Origin: Marine group II euryarchaeote REDSEA-S42_B7
GTDB lineage: Archaea; Thermoplasmatota; Poseidoniia; Poseidoniales; Thalassarchaeaceae
Direction: 5' to 3'
DNA length: 62,079 bases
Assembly: GCA_001629255.1 (NCBI GenBank)
Contig: LURZ01000014.1
Location: 1-62,079 of the forward strand
In this document: one piece after another, positions 10,347-19,029 of the stretch
Layout: each line of letters opens with the position of its first letter
How positions within the stretch are numbered: the stretch's first letter is position 1
The notes under the pieces: model-generated
The model's database searches: none
The model's input: the letters and a program-made list of their open reading frames with translations, nothing else
What the model was told of the DNA's origin: nothing
Position numbers and translations under genes: made by a program

Positions 10347-10354
10347 TTGGAAAT

Positions 10355-10561
10355 ATGCTAATACCAGTCAGATGTTGGAGTTGCGGGAAGGTCATAGCCC
10401 ACAAATACGAGGAGTATCAGAATGCTATCGCGGAGGGGAAGGACGCCGGAGAAGTCCTCGACGATCTTGGTTTCAACCGCTACTGCTGCAGAAGAATGTT
10501 TGTGGGGCACATCGACCTTGTCGATGAGGTCGCACCATTCAGCATTGACAGACAACAGTAA
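10355..10561 (+). CDS. rpoN: DNA-directed RNA polymerase subunit N (Rpo10/RpoN)
   Basis: MLIPVRCWSCGKVIAHKYEEY...GFNRYCCRRMFVGHIDL is the canonical Rpb10/RpoN zinc bundle. ATG 10355 follows the S9 stop. Confidence 0.92.
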   Translation: MLIPVRCWSCGKVIAHKYEEYQNAIAEGKDAGEVLDDLGFNRYCCRRMFVGHIDLVDEVAPFSIDRQQ

Positions 10562-10610
10562 CCTCTCCGTCAGGGCTTTGACTGAACGCTCACTCGCAGG
10601 AGCCCAATTG

Positions 10611-10688
10611 GGGCCTGTAGGTTAGTTTGGCCTATACTTCGCGGCTGGGGGTCGCGCGACCCAGGTTCAAATCCTGGCAGGCCCACCA
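10611..10688 (+). tRNA. tRNA-Pro (anticodon GGG), genomically encoded CCA
   Basis: Acceptor GGGCCTG/CAGGCCC. Anticodon arm CGCGG-CTGGGGG-TCGCG. T arm CCAGG-TTCAAAT-CCTGG. Discriminator A plus CCA. The body is 75 nt. The D-stem pairing was less clean by hand. Confidence 0.85.
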
Positions 10689-10745
10689 TTGGGAGAGTAC
10701 TGCAAAAATGGTCAGTTTGAAGGCCATCGCCCCCTTTGCATCGTC

Positions 10746-12857
10746 ATGGGTTCTACGCATTCGGACGAGGGAACCTCCGAGGCACGGGTTGACTGGCTAG
10801 CGGAGCAGTTAGAGCGGCACTCAGACCTTTACTACAACAAAGCAGAACCCGAGATATCAGATGCAGATTTCGATGCATTGAGAGACGAGCTGCAGCTCCT
10901 GTCCCCCAATCATCCCCAACTGAGCAGAGTGGGTTCAGATCCTCCTCCAGGCTCTGAAAAGGTCGACCACCTATTCAGGATGATGAGCCTGGACAAGGCT
11001 AATTCGGACGAGGAGGTATCTCACTTCGTTTCCGAGACCACCGCCAGTGGCCGGCGGTTCGTTTGCCAACCGAAGCTCGATGGCTCAGCCCTCTCATTGG
11101 AATATCGTCGAGGCCGACTAATCAGAGCAGCCACTAGGGGCAATGGCAGGAGGGGGGAGGATGTGACGGCAAATGCAAGAAGAATGATGAATGTCCCGGA
11201 AAAACTCGTTTGGGACGGAGACTGTCACGTGAGGGGGGAGGTCGTAATGCCTCTGCAAGTATTCAGAGAGAAATACTCAGAGGTTGCGCCCAATCCAAGG
11301 AATTTAGCCGCAGGAGCACTTAGGCAGAAGTATGCCGATGCAGGCAAAGGAAGCCCGAGAGACTTGAAGTTCCTTGCCTATGGGGTTGAGTTCCCAAGCG
11401 ATAAAGACCGCCATCCAGACAGTCCTGAGCCCCCAAACTTCAAGCTAGACTCGGAGATAATCTCATGGATAGGCGAGATGGGGATTCAGGTGGCAGGAAA
11501 CCATGTGGTTTCAGGTGACGACGACACCACTACCACAGAATCCATACTGGCAGTGACAAGGGAATGGCTCGAGTCGAGAGACTCTGCAGACTGGGAAATA
11601 GACGGGGTCGTAATCAAACTAGACCGTCTAGACAAGCGCGACCTCCTGGGCGAGACCGCACATCACCCTCGATGGGCACTGGCATGGAAATTCCCTGCCG
11701 AGGAGGCGGTAACGGTGCTGATGGACGTCTTCTGGCAGACCGGGAGGACGGGCAACGTCACCCCGGTTTCGCGCGTAGCACCAGTGGTAGTTTCAGGAGT
11801 TACCGTTGAGAATACGACACTCCACAACAAGGGCGAGGTTGAGAGACTCGGGATAATGATCGGGGACAAGGTGAGAGTAGTTAGAAGAGGGGACGTGATA
11901 CCAAAGATCACTGAGGTCCTCGGACCGGCCCATGATAGCGACCTCATTGACAGGTCCCATTCAGATGGAACCCCTTTCTCAGAATCACTACCTTCTAGGT
12001 CCGAGATTCCAGTTCCCGAGAGATGCCCAAGATGTTCTACTGACCTAATTATCGATGGGGCATTCATCAGATGCACCAACATAGACTGCCCATCGAGACT
12101 AGAGAGAGGAATACTGTACTGGTGCAGGAAGCTGGGTATGGATGGGATAGGCGAGAAGCTGGCAGAGCAACTTTGCTCATCGGGGCTGGTCACGAGATTG
12201 GGGGATCTATATCGTTTGGAGGACAGGGAGCAGGAGCTAATCTCACTGGAGAGAATGGCAGAGAAGTCAGCCAGCAACGTCCTCGCGGAATTGAACTCCA
12301 CCAAAGCAATGACCTTCAGCACCTTCATCTCAGGACTTGGACTACCTAGGATTGGTCCTGAGATAGCAACTCTCGTATGTGCGGAGGTGAGGAATCTCGA
12401 AGAGCTGATACAGATGACCGAAGAAAGACATGAGGCCGTCCAGAGACTAGTTTCCATAGACAGGGTAGGAGAGACCATGGCCAACCTTCTGCTGGACGGT
12501 ATTTCCGATAGGAAGGAGTCGATAATCGACCTCTATGAGCAGGTGGAAATCGTCGAAGGAGAGCAGGTTTCCGTCGATGGCCCCCTCTCCGGCTCTTCCT
12601 TCTGCATTACAGGCACTCTGAGCAGACCAAGGAAGGAAATCGCTCTTTCTATAAAGTCGGAGGGAGGCAAAGTTGTCTCGTCCGTCTCACGGAACCTAGA
12701 CTTCCTAGTCGCAGGAGAGTCAACGGGATCAAAGTTCGACAAGGCCAACAGGCTTGGCGTCCGAATCATATCGGAATCGGAGTTGGACGAGATACTGGGG
12801 GGGTCAATACTGGAGGAGCTACCAGAAGAGAGGCAGTCTACACTTGGAGAGTTCTAA
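10746..12857 (+). CDS. ligA: NAD+-dependent DNA ligase LigA (bacterial type)
   Basis: Adenylation motif CQPKLDGSALSLEY and RAATRGNGRRGEDVT. Cys4 Zn finger CPRCSTDLIIDGAFIRCTNIDCP. C-terminal BRCT (FCITGTLSRPRKEIALSIKSEGGKVVSSVSRNLDFLVAGESTGSKFDKA). ATG 10746 is preferred because TTG 10689 abuts the tRNA. Confidence 0.92.
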   Translation: MGSTHSDEGTSEARVDWLAEQLERHSDLYYNKAEPEISDADFDALRDELQLLSPNHPQLSRVGSDPPPGSEKVDHLFRMMSLDKANSDEEVSHFVSETTASGRRFVCQPKLDGSALSLEYRRGRLIRAATRGNGRRGEDVTANARRMMNVPEKLVWDGDCHVRGEVVMPLQVFREKYSEVAPNPRNLAAGALRQKYADAGKGSPRDLKFLAYGVEFPSDKDRHPDSPEPPNFKLDSEIISWIGEMGIQVAGNHVVSGDDDTTTTESILAVTREWLESRDSADWEIDGVVIKLDRLDKRDLLGETAHHPRWALAWKFPAEEAVTVLMDVFWQTGRTGNVTPVSRVAPVVVSGVTVENTTLHNKGEVERLGIMIGDKVRVVRRGDVIPKITEVLGPAHDSDLIDRSHSDGTPFSESLPSRSEIPVPERCPRCSTDLIIDGAFIRCTNIDCPSRLERGILYWCRKLGMDGIGEKLAEQLCSSGLVTRLGDLYRLEDREQELISLERMAEKSASNVLAELNSTKAMTFSTFISGLGLPRIGPEIATLVCAEVRNLEELIQMTEERHEAVQRLVSIDRVGETMANLLLDGISDRKESIIDLYEQVEIVEGEQVSVDGPLSGSSFCITGTLSRPRKEIALSIKSEGGKVVSSVSRNLDFLVAGESTGSKFDKANRLGVRIISESELDEILGGSILEELPEERQSTLGEF

Positions 12858-13661
12858 TCATCCGTACATTCCAGTAGAAGCACCGCTACTCTCCTGAGGG
12901 GGATTGAGGTGCACAGCCATCATCTCACGTATCTGACCCTCTATTCGTTGAGCCTCCTCCATGAGGGGTTCTGGATCAAGATGGACTGCAGGGAGCAGTC
13001 CGTCTAAGCATCCGATTATTCCCGCTGCTGCACGGGCATCGGGGATCGTCCCTTGGCCGATCTCTCCATCCGACTCTGCAAGTATCGCCAAAGCGTCAAT
13101 CCCTCTTCTCCTACATTCTCCCATCATAACTCCAGTCATGCCCCCCACTACTCCTTGTTTCAGAAGAGGGACGCCGATTCCCTTGAGCACATCGTGGGTA
13201 GAATCTGTGGATCCTAGACCCAGAATCGAATCTGTCCCCGGATCTTCGTCGAAAATACTGTGCAGACTCTCTATTCCGTGTGCAAATGAATCGACCATTA
13301 TCGTAGAACTCACTCCCGAGTCCTCTATCCAGTCTAATATTCCAGTAGATAATGGAAGATTGAGCTCAGATGGGATCTGTATCTCCGATGCGATAAGAAC
13401 CACCTTGTCGCATTTCTCCATGTTGCATATCGGCTCTCCAGCATAGAATCTCAGTGGAGGTAGGGGCTTGCCATCTTGGACCAAGCACATGGGGGGGAGG
13501 GTTGGGTGCCTGACGCCCCCCACGAGCTCCAAATCCAGCTTTTCCACCATGAAGTGTGCAACTATGCTGCTAACGAATCCGACTGACGGGAAACAACTAA
13601 CCAATAGGGCTCCAGAAGCGTTCACGTCATCGCCAACCTCGACCAGAGGGGCCTCTTGCAT
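12858..13661 (-). CDS. PAC2-family proteasome assembly chaperone (PbaA/PbaB-like), paralog 1
   Basis: The PAC2-like N-terminus is ALLVSCFPSVGFVSSIVAHFMVEKLDLELVG...LRFYAGE. The C-terminus ends in ...GMYG, a hydrophobic-Tyr-X (HbYX) tail. Confidence 0.75.
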   Translation of the reverse strand: MQEAPLVEVGDDVNASGALLVSCFPSVGFVSSIVAHFMVEKLDLELVGGVRHPTLPPMCLVQDGKPLPPLRFYAGEPICNMEKCDKVVLIASEIQIPSELNLPLSTGILDWIEDSGVSSTIMVDSFAHGIESLHSIFDEDPGTDSILGLGSTDSTHDVLKGIGVPLLKQGVVGGMTGVMMGECRRRGIDALAILAESDGEIGQGTIPDARAAAGIIGCLDGLLPAVHLDPEPLMEEAQRIEGQIREMMAVHLNPPQESSGASTGMYG

Positions 13662-13731
13662 GAACCTAGAAACTACTCAATGGTGTTAATCGTTGTTACC
13701 GACGCGACTCAATTCCGAGGACAGTGGCGAG

Positions 13732-14883
13732 ATGGCAGGGACAACGCACAACTTCCAGATTTCTCCGTCTTCATGGAACAGTTTTGAGGAATGTCCTAGG
13801 AAATACTGGCTTTCCCGACAGAGGCTTCCCCGCAAGGCGAGCATGGCTGCCTCAATGGGTACCGCCATACATAACTCAGTAGAGGATCTGTGCAACTTCG
13901 ATTTTTCTGACAGGGAGGATGAAGAAATTGGTTGGCTCCATTCTTCCTGTAGAGAGACTCTGCAAAAGAGATGGGAGGAAGAAAGGACATTGTTCTCGGA
14001 GACTCCTAGGCATCCTCGATGGAAGGATGAGTCATTCTCAATGGCGCTCGACGGACTGTATGGGGCTATCTCCATACTTTTTGACAAGGCGATGCTCCCA
14101 TTGGAGGAACTATCTTCGGTCACTGTAAAGACATGGAAGCAGGTTCAGGATATTGTCGTCGCAACCGAAGCAAATCTTGAGTCGAAATGCGGACGATTGA
14201 TGGGGCGGCTAGATCTTCTGATCAAGGATTTTGAGGATGGAGCTGATGATGGATTAATCGTTGCTGACTTGAAGACAGGAAAGCCACCGGAAGACGAACT
14301 TAGCGAGAAGGTAAGCAGGCAATTGCTATTCTACAGAGATATAATGAGGGAGAATGTAACAGAAAACCAGGTTCTTCGGGCAGAGGGGTGGTACTCTTCC
14401 AACAATACAGTTTACCGAGTCGAAGGACCGCCAATCTTGGAAGAAGCCATTGGGGCATGGGAGAGGATGAAACTGACTAAAACCCCATTCCAGGCCACAC
14501 CTAGCGAAGATGCCTGCTCATTCTGTGACTGGAAGGCATGGTGTCCCAGTTGGTGGGAAGCGAAGTACGAGGGAGAACTTAGCCACGAGGGGATGTTCAG
14601 AGACGAGGTAGTGAGGCTGGTCAGGCTTGACCAGGAATCGGGCGCGGCCCTTTTCGAGCGAACAACCCCTGTAGGGGGCGATGGGGAACTGAGGGTATCT
14701 GATCACCGCTTCGGGGCGCTGCTTAAGGGGAAATCCCTAGAGAAGATACGACAAATGGATCAATCAGAACTAGACGGATACCTATTCCTGGGTAGCATCA
14801 TGTTTGGCGGTAAGACCGCACGAATGGGGGATTGGTCGGAGATTCTCCCTTGGTCCCCTCTACTCCGGTCTGTGAGAAATTGA
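13732..14883 (+). CDS. Cas4/AddB-like PD-(D/E)XK nuclease with 4-Cys (Fe-S) staple and ~110-aa C-terminal extension
   Basis: FEECPRKYWLS (Cys1), GRLDLLIKD, IVADLKTGKPP (D..DxK), RQLLFYRDIM (QxxxY), CSFCDWKAWC (CxxCx5C). ATG 13732 is preferred over TTG 13693. Confidence 0.8.
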   Translation: MAGTTHNFQISPSSWNSFEECPRKYWLSRQRLPRKASMAASMGTAIHNSVEDLCNFDFSDREDEEIGWLHSSCRETLQKRWEEERTLFSETPRHPRWKDESFSMALDGLYGAISILFDKAMLPLEELSSVTVKTWKQVQDIVVATEANLESKCGRLMGRLDLLIKDFEDGADDGLIVADLKTGKPPEDELSEKVSRQLLFYRDIMRENVTENQVLRAEGWYSSNNTVYRVEGPPILEEAIGAWERMKLTKTPFQATPSEDACSFCDWKAWCPSWWEAKYEGELSHEGMFRDEVVRLVRLDQESGAALFERTTPVGGDGELRVSDHRFGALLKGKSLEKIRQMDQSELDGYLFLGSIMFGGKTARMGDWSEILPWSPLLRSVRN

Positions 14884-15447
14884 GTCCAAAACGTCTCGCG
14901 GGGCTCCTTCGAACCTTTCGGGAAAGGTGACCATGAATTTCCAAAGAAGGAGTAGGGTAGCCCCAGCATCCGCATCTGCGCTGTGGGATCTCTCGAGTGA
15001 TATCCCGAAGCGTTCGCAAAGAACACCTAACCTGTGCCCTCCCGGGATAGCAAGAGTCCTTGCTAACTCAAGAGTGTCCACTAAGGCTAGCGGAGAGGGC
15101 ACCCCTCTCCCAATTCGCATGCACTCCATTTCTAGGAACCTCCAGTCGAATGCTACGACATTATGTCCTACAATTATCGAACCTTCAATCATCTCGCAGA
15201 TAGAGTCCAGGTGCCCACCAAAACTCTCCGCATCTATCACATCCTCGTCAAATATGCCATGTACGTTACTAGACTCCACGGGAATCCTACACCCTGGGTT
15301 AACCAGCGATTGCATACTAAGTTTCGAGCCATCAGAATCACTGCCAACTAGTGCGAACTGCACCACTCTATCCTGCCGAGGATTGAATCCAGTGGTTTCC
15401 AAATCGAATCCAAGGACCCTGAACCCCTCTAGAAAATCAGAGACCAC
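14860..15447 (-). CDS. DnaQ-like DEDDh 3'-5' exonuclease
   Basis: ExoI VLGFDLETTG, ExoII IVGHNVVAFDWRFL, ExoIII HSADADAGATLLL. GTG start. The 3' end overlaps the convergent nuclease gene by 24 nt. Confidence 0.85.
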   Translation of the reverse strand: MVSDFLEGFRVLGFDLETTGFNPRQDRVVQFALVGSDSDGSKLSMQSLVNPGCRIPVESSNVHGIFDEDVIDAESFGGHLDSICEMIEGSIIVGHNVVAFDWRFLEMECMRIGRGVPSPLALVDTLELARTLAIPGGHRLGVLCERFGISLERSHSADADAGATLLLLWKFMVTFPERFEGAPRDVLDSISHRPE

Positions 15448-15545
15448 GAGTCCTCGCTGCCGGCACCAACCATGAACCCTACCAAAGCCATTCTAGATTG
15501 ACCGCCGTCCAACACGCATATGAGTGACCTTCGATTTCTGATGGT

Positions 15546-16715
15546 ATGACGAGACGCAGGCAAAGCCTCACGATGCTCCTTGGAATCCTGATGATTTCCC
15601 ATTCTCTAGCCGGATGCGGAGGCATAGGTCCAGGCAGCCCAAACGCAGCTCTCACATCAGACAGATTAACCGTAAACTCCGGAGAGACGATAAATTTCGA
15701 TGCACGCAGCTCTACTACTCCTAATCCGACGATTATCGACGAATTCAGATGGAACTTCGGTGATGGCGAGAAGAAGACAACGAAGCAGGGCGTAATCAGT
15801 CATGTGTTCACAAAGGCCGGGAACTTCGAAGTGACAGTTGAGGTTTTCAATGACAATGGAGACTCAGACTCAGCCAGCATCCTAGTTTTCGTAAATGCGA
15901 TACCAGAAATCGTCCTCAACATCCCAGACTTCGTCAAGACAGGACAAGAGGCTAGACTCGACGCTAGTGGCTCCTTCGATCCCGAGGGGGGAGGAGTGGA
16001 GATTGTGTGGGACTTCGATGCCAACACAGATTCCGATGGAGACAGCGATCCTCTCAATGACGTCGATGGAAGCGGTCCAGTGACTAGGATCACAGTTACC
16101 GAAGCCGGGAATATCACTGGGGCCGTAACGGTCTCAGACGATAGCGGAGGGAAGAATACCACACTTTGGACGCTCAGAGTCATCTCTCGTACGTTCAGGA
16201 TTGTTTGGGAAGAAGTATTCGTCGACTACGACTGGTCAGGCTACCTAGAACAGGGCGATACTCATGAGATTCAGTTCCAACCCGGGGAAGGAGCCAGGCT
16301 AATCGATGTGTCCGCAACCCTCTCTCTAGCTCGAGATATCCTCCCAATCACTTGGCCGGAGGACAATTTCACGCTAGAGTTAGACATCCCTTCCTCCGGA
16401 TGGTCCTACACCGTTATTACAACTCAGGAAAATATCACAGAGAACTCATCTGCGATAATCGAGATGACAGAAATGAATCCTTCTCCAGAATCCGATTACA
16501 CAGTTTTCGCAGACTCCAAGGAAGAATTGGAGCAGTTGCTTCTCGGAGATCCCGATGGAAGATTTGGACAGGGAGACTGGTTCTGGAGGATTACCGCACT
16601 GGAATGTGATCCCGATACTCCTGTAGATGGGGTGGATCCAGACCAAGGTAATGATTGGACTCTTGAGGCTCAGTTCGTCGTATTGGTCCTAAGGGTAAGT
16701 GAAGTAAGCGTCTGA
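15546..16715 (+). CDS. lipobox lipoprotein with two PKD-like domains
   Basis: Signal plus lipobox MLLGILMISHSLAGCGG. PKD signatures FDARSSTTPNPTIIDEFRWNFGDGE...HVFTKAGNFEVTVEVFNDNGDSDSA and LDASGSFDPEGGGVEIVWDFD. Confidence 0.8.
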   Translation: MTRRRQSLTMLLGILMISHSLAGCGGIGPGSPNAALTSDRLTVNSGETINFDARSSTTPNPTIIDEFRWNFGDGEKKTTKQGVISHVFTKAGNFEVTVEVFNDNGDSDSASILVFVNAIPEIVLNIPDFVKTGQEARLDASGSFDPEGGGVEIVWDFDANTDSDGDSDPLNDVDGSGPVTRITVTEAGNITGAVTVSDDSGGKNTTLWTLRVISRTFRIVWEEVFVDYDWSGYLEQGDTHEIQFQPGEGARLIDVSATLSLARDILPITWPEDNFTLELDIPSSGWSYTVITTQENITENSSAIIEMTEMNPSPESDYTVFADSKEELEQLLLGDPDGRFGQGDWFWRITALECDPDTPVDGVDPDQGNDWTLEAQFVVLVLRVSEVSV

Positions 16716-16760
16716 GGACATCGAGCGAAGACCTTTCAACCCCCAGTCATTGGGATAATC

Positions 16761-17111
16761 ATGGCAAAGTCGTTTGAGATCACAAAGGTGTCCATTCGAG
16801 AACGCCTAGTAGTAGATGCGAAGGTGGGCATGAAGGACCCCCAGGACTATGACTTCTCCCCCAGAGCAAACCTCTCAGGCACCACTCTGAGCATAGTCAA
16901 TGAGTCCGGGGAACCCTCTTCTACTTTTGAGCTGGACGAGGAGCAGGTCATAACTGCCGAGAGGGACAGAATGCTAGAACTGAGAGTCAAGTTCAACGTG
17001 GAGGGGATGCATGGTGTTCTTACTCACAGAACACCGCAGCCGATGACAGGTCCGAAGTCGAAGAAGCTAGCCGAGCCAAGTTGGAAAACCATCCTGCCTC
17101 TTTCAATGTGA
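16761..17111 (+). CDS. hypothetical protein
   Basis: 116-codon ORF with an ATG start and no competing frame. No motif recognised. Confidence 0.5.
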   Translation: MAKSFEITKVSIRERLVVDAKVGMKDPQDYDFSPRANLSGTTLSIVNESGEPSSTFELDEEQVITAERDRMLELRVKFNVEGMHGVLTHRTPQPMTGPKSKKLAEPSWKTILPLSM

Positions 17112-17158
17112 CTTTGTACCGTCGGGATTAAGCCGGGTCCTACGGTCCACAACACGCT

Positions 17159-17235
17159 GGACCCATAGTGTAGCCTGGATATCACATGAGCTTGCGGAGC
17201 TTGTAACCCGTGTTCGAATCGCGGTGGGTCCGCCA
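17159..17235 (+). tRNA. tRNA-Arg (anticodon GCG), encoded CCA
   Basis: Acceptor GGACCCA/TGGGTCC. Anticodon arm TGAGC-TTGCGGA-GCTTG. T arm CCGTG-TTCGAAT-CGCGG. Discriminator G plus CCA. Confidence 0.9.
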
Positions 17236-17295
17236 CCTAGTAGACGAGGATGAAGGGCGACCGGTTCAATAGTGAGCGTACTGGGGGTGTATTCA

Positions 17296-17372
17296 GGACC
17301 CATAGTGTAGCCTGGATATCACTCTAGCCTCCGGAGCTGGAAACCCGTGTTCGAATCGCGGTGGGTCCGCCA
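17296..17372 (+). tRNA. tRNA-Arg (anticodon CCG), encoded CCA
   Basis: The acceptor, D and T arms are the same as in the upstream tRNA-Arg. Anticodon arm CTAGC-CTCCGGA-GCTGG. Confidence 0.9.
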
Positions 17373-17428
17373 TTTCTACGCTTTACATATACAAACCATA
17401 CTAAATACCCGACCAACAAATCAATGAC

Positions 17429-18571
17429 GTGAAATCTGTTGCCTTAGTAACACTGGTTATCTTTTCGTCGACTTTGACTGGGTGTACGGGTGATACAACC
17501 TCCGAAAATGTAGAGGATACCACTTCTGAGATAGAATCAGACAACGAGAGAGTCGTAGTTACGACCCTGATTGGTAAAGAAGAATGCGAGGAACGGGAGG
17601 GCACATGGTTCGAGGAATCAAATCGGGGTAGAGAATCGTATTGCTCCCTAGATGAGGAACCAACCTACGATCCAGATTCTCCAAAAATATACTGCGAGCA
17701 GAGAGGTGGAACTTGGGACGAGGAAATACGCGATTGTTCATTCCCAGAACAGAACTCGGAAGGAGAGCAGATACAGGAAGGACCAACATACGTGCCGCCA
17801 TGTAATGTCACAGCGTCTGTGGGGCTGAATTCAACCAACAACCCGATCGAATGGTCTGAATTTCAGAGTGGTAAATGGCTATCCGTTGATGGCTTGACCG
17901 CTGTCTCCTACGCCTCGGATGATTATGATAACGAGACCGAAATAGTGGTCGATGAAAGACTTGATTGGATGTGCGGATACACGTATTCTGTCAAGATTCC
18001 ACCCTCGTACAACTCCAGTCACTCCTACCCAGTCTTCGCCTTCCTTCATGGAGATATATACGATCTAAATTTCTACAACAACTTCCTGACCAATAACTTC
18101 CATATGCCCGAGGATGACAAATACATAATTGTTAGACCCTCAAAGTTGGAATTGGATTGGGACCCCAAGAAGGTGCTCGATGTTATCGAGGACGTCAAAT
18201 CAAATCTCAATGTAGACGATGACAGGGTCTACCTAACCGGCTATAGTATGGGTGGAAGGGGGACTTTCATTGTCGCCGCAGCGCTCCCTGACTACTTTGC
18301 TGCCATAATGCCGCTCCAGCCTCATCACGAGCCATACTCATATCTCACGCTAGCGGAAGATGTTGCGCACCTGCCTGTTTGGATGAGCCATGGAACAAAT
18401 GACAGCACATCCTCATATGATATGGCGGCCAAGATGGCAGAAAATCTCTCAAACCTGGGTACGGAAATAGAATTCCAGATAGTTGTGGGCGGCGAGCATG
18501 GGGGCTATTTCGTTATTTACAATAATCCAGAAATAATGCAATGGATTCTATCTCATGTTCGAGGCCAGTAG
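17429..18571 (+). CDS. lipobox lipoprotein with C-terminal alpha/beta-hydrolase (esterase/peptidase-like) domain
   Basis: Lipobox SSTLTGCTG. The Cys motif is duplicated (CEEREGTWFEE / CEQRGGTWDEE). Nucleophile elbow YLTGYSMGGRGT, then WMSHGTNDSTS and GGEHG (Ser-Asp-His candidates). GTG start. Confidence 0.8.
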   Translation: MKSVALVTLVIFSSTLTGCTGDTTSENVEDTTSEIESDNERVVVTTLIGKEECEEREGTWFEESNRGRESYCSLDEEPTYDPDSPKIYCEQRGGTWDEEIRDCSFPEQNSEGEQIQEGPTYVPPCNVTASVGLNSTNNPIEWSEFQSGKWLSVDGLTAVSYASDDYDNETEIVVDERLDWMCGYTYSVKIPPSYNSSHSYPVFAFLHGDIYDLNFYNNFLTNNFHMPEDDKYIIVRPSKLELDWDPKKVLDVIEDVKSNLNVDDDRVYLTGYSMGGRGTFIVAAALPDYFAAIMPLQPHHEPYSYLTLAEDVAHLPVWMSHGTNDSTSSYDMAAKMAENLSNLGTEIEFQIVVGGEHGGYFVIYNNPEIMQWILSHVRGQ

Positions 18572-18612
18572 ATTTCCATAACAGCCTTCAACCATGGCTT
18601 CCTGTCAGCACC

Positions 18613-19029
18613 ATGGCTTTCATCTCACAGAGGCGTATTGACTTCCCGATGGTAGATCTGGCCAAGATAATGTATTACCCTCGTTTCTGGGATTTGGCGC
18701 ATAGGTTCTACGAGGAGTCCTGGGAATTCACCTGCGGCATGCATTACAACGAAATCCTCTCTGATAAGAAGATTGCATTCCCACTAGTCCACAGCGAGGC
18801 GAAGTTCCTCCATCCTATTTCCTACGGTGATACCGTGGAATGCACAATCACGGTGACCAGAATCGGGGAAACCTCCATCACGTGGCACTACGAGTTCAGG
18901 AACCAGCACAGAACACTCTGCTGGACGGCAGACCAAGTCACTGTCTGCACAGACATGAACGAGGTCAAGAGTAAAATGGCTGTCCCCGATTGGATGAGGG
19001 ATTGCCTAGCCAAGATCGAATCATCATGA
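18613..19029 (+). CDS. hotdog-fold acyl-CoA thioesterase (YbgC/4HBT-like)
   Basis: DFPMVDLAKIMYYPRFWDLAHRFYEES...FPLVHSEAKFLHPISYGDTVECTITVTRIGETSITWHYEF. ATG 18613 is preferred over the ORF-track start at 18541. Confidence 0.75.
   Translation: MAFISQRRIDFPMVDLAKIMYYPRFWDLAHRFYEESWEFTCGMHYNEILSDKKIAFPLVHSEAKFLHPISYGDTVECTITVTRIGETSITWHYEFRNQHRTLCWTADQVTVCTDMNEVKSKMAVPDWMRDCLAKIESS

Noticed and set aside
11663-12484. 273-aa minus-strand ORF inside ligA
   Set aside because: It is antisense to a motif-validated gene. The product is a Ser/Leu/Thr-rich low-complexity sequence with no motif, which is typical of a shadow ORF.
14927-15475. 182-aa plus-strand ORF opposite the DnaQ-like exonuclease
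   Set aside because: The minus strand carries ExoI/II/III motifs in order. The plus-strand product is Ser/Pro-rich with no motif.
17024-17303. Two minus-strand ORFs (70 and 66 aa) in the tRNA region
   Set aside because: They overlap the two tRNA-Arg genes, whose cloverleaves are unambiguous.
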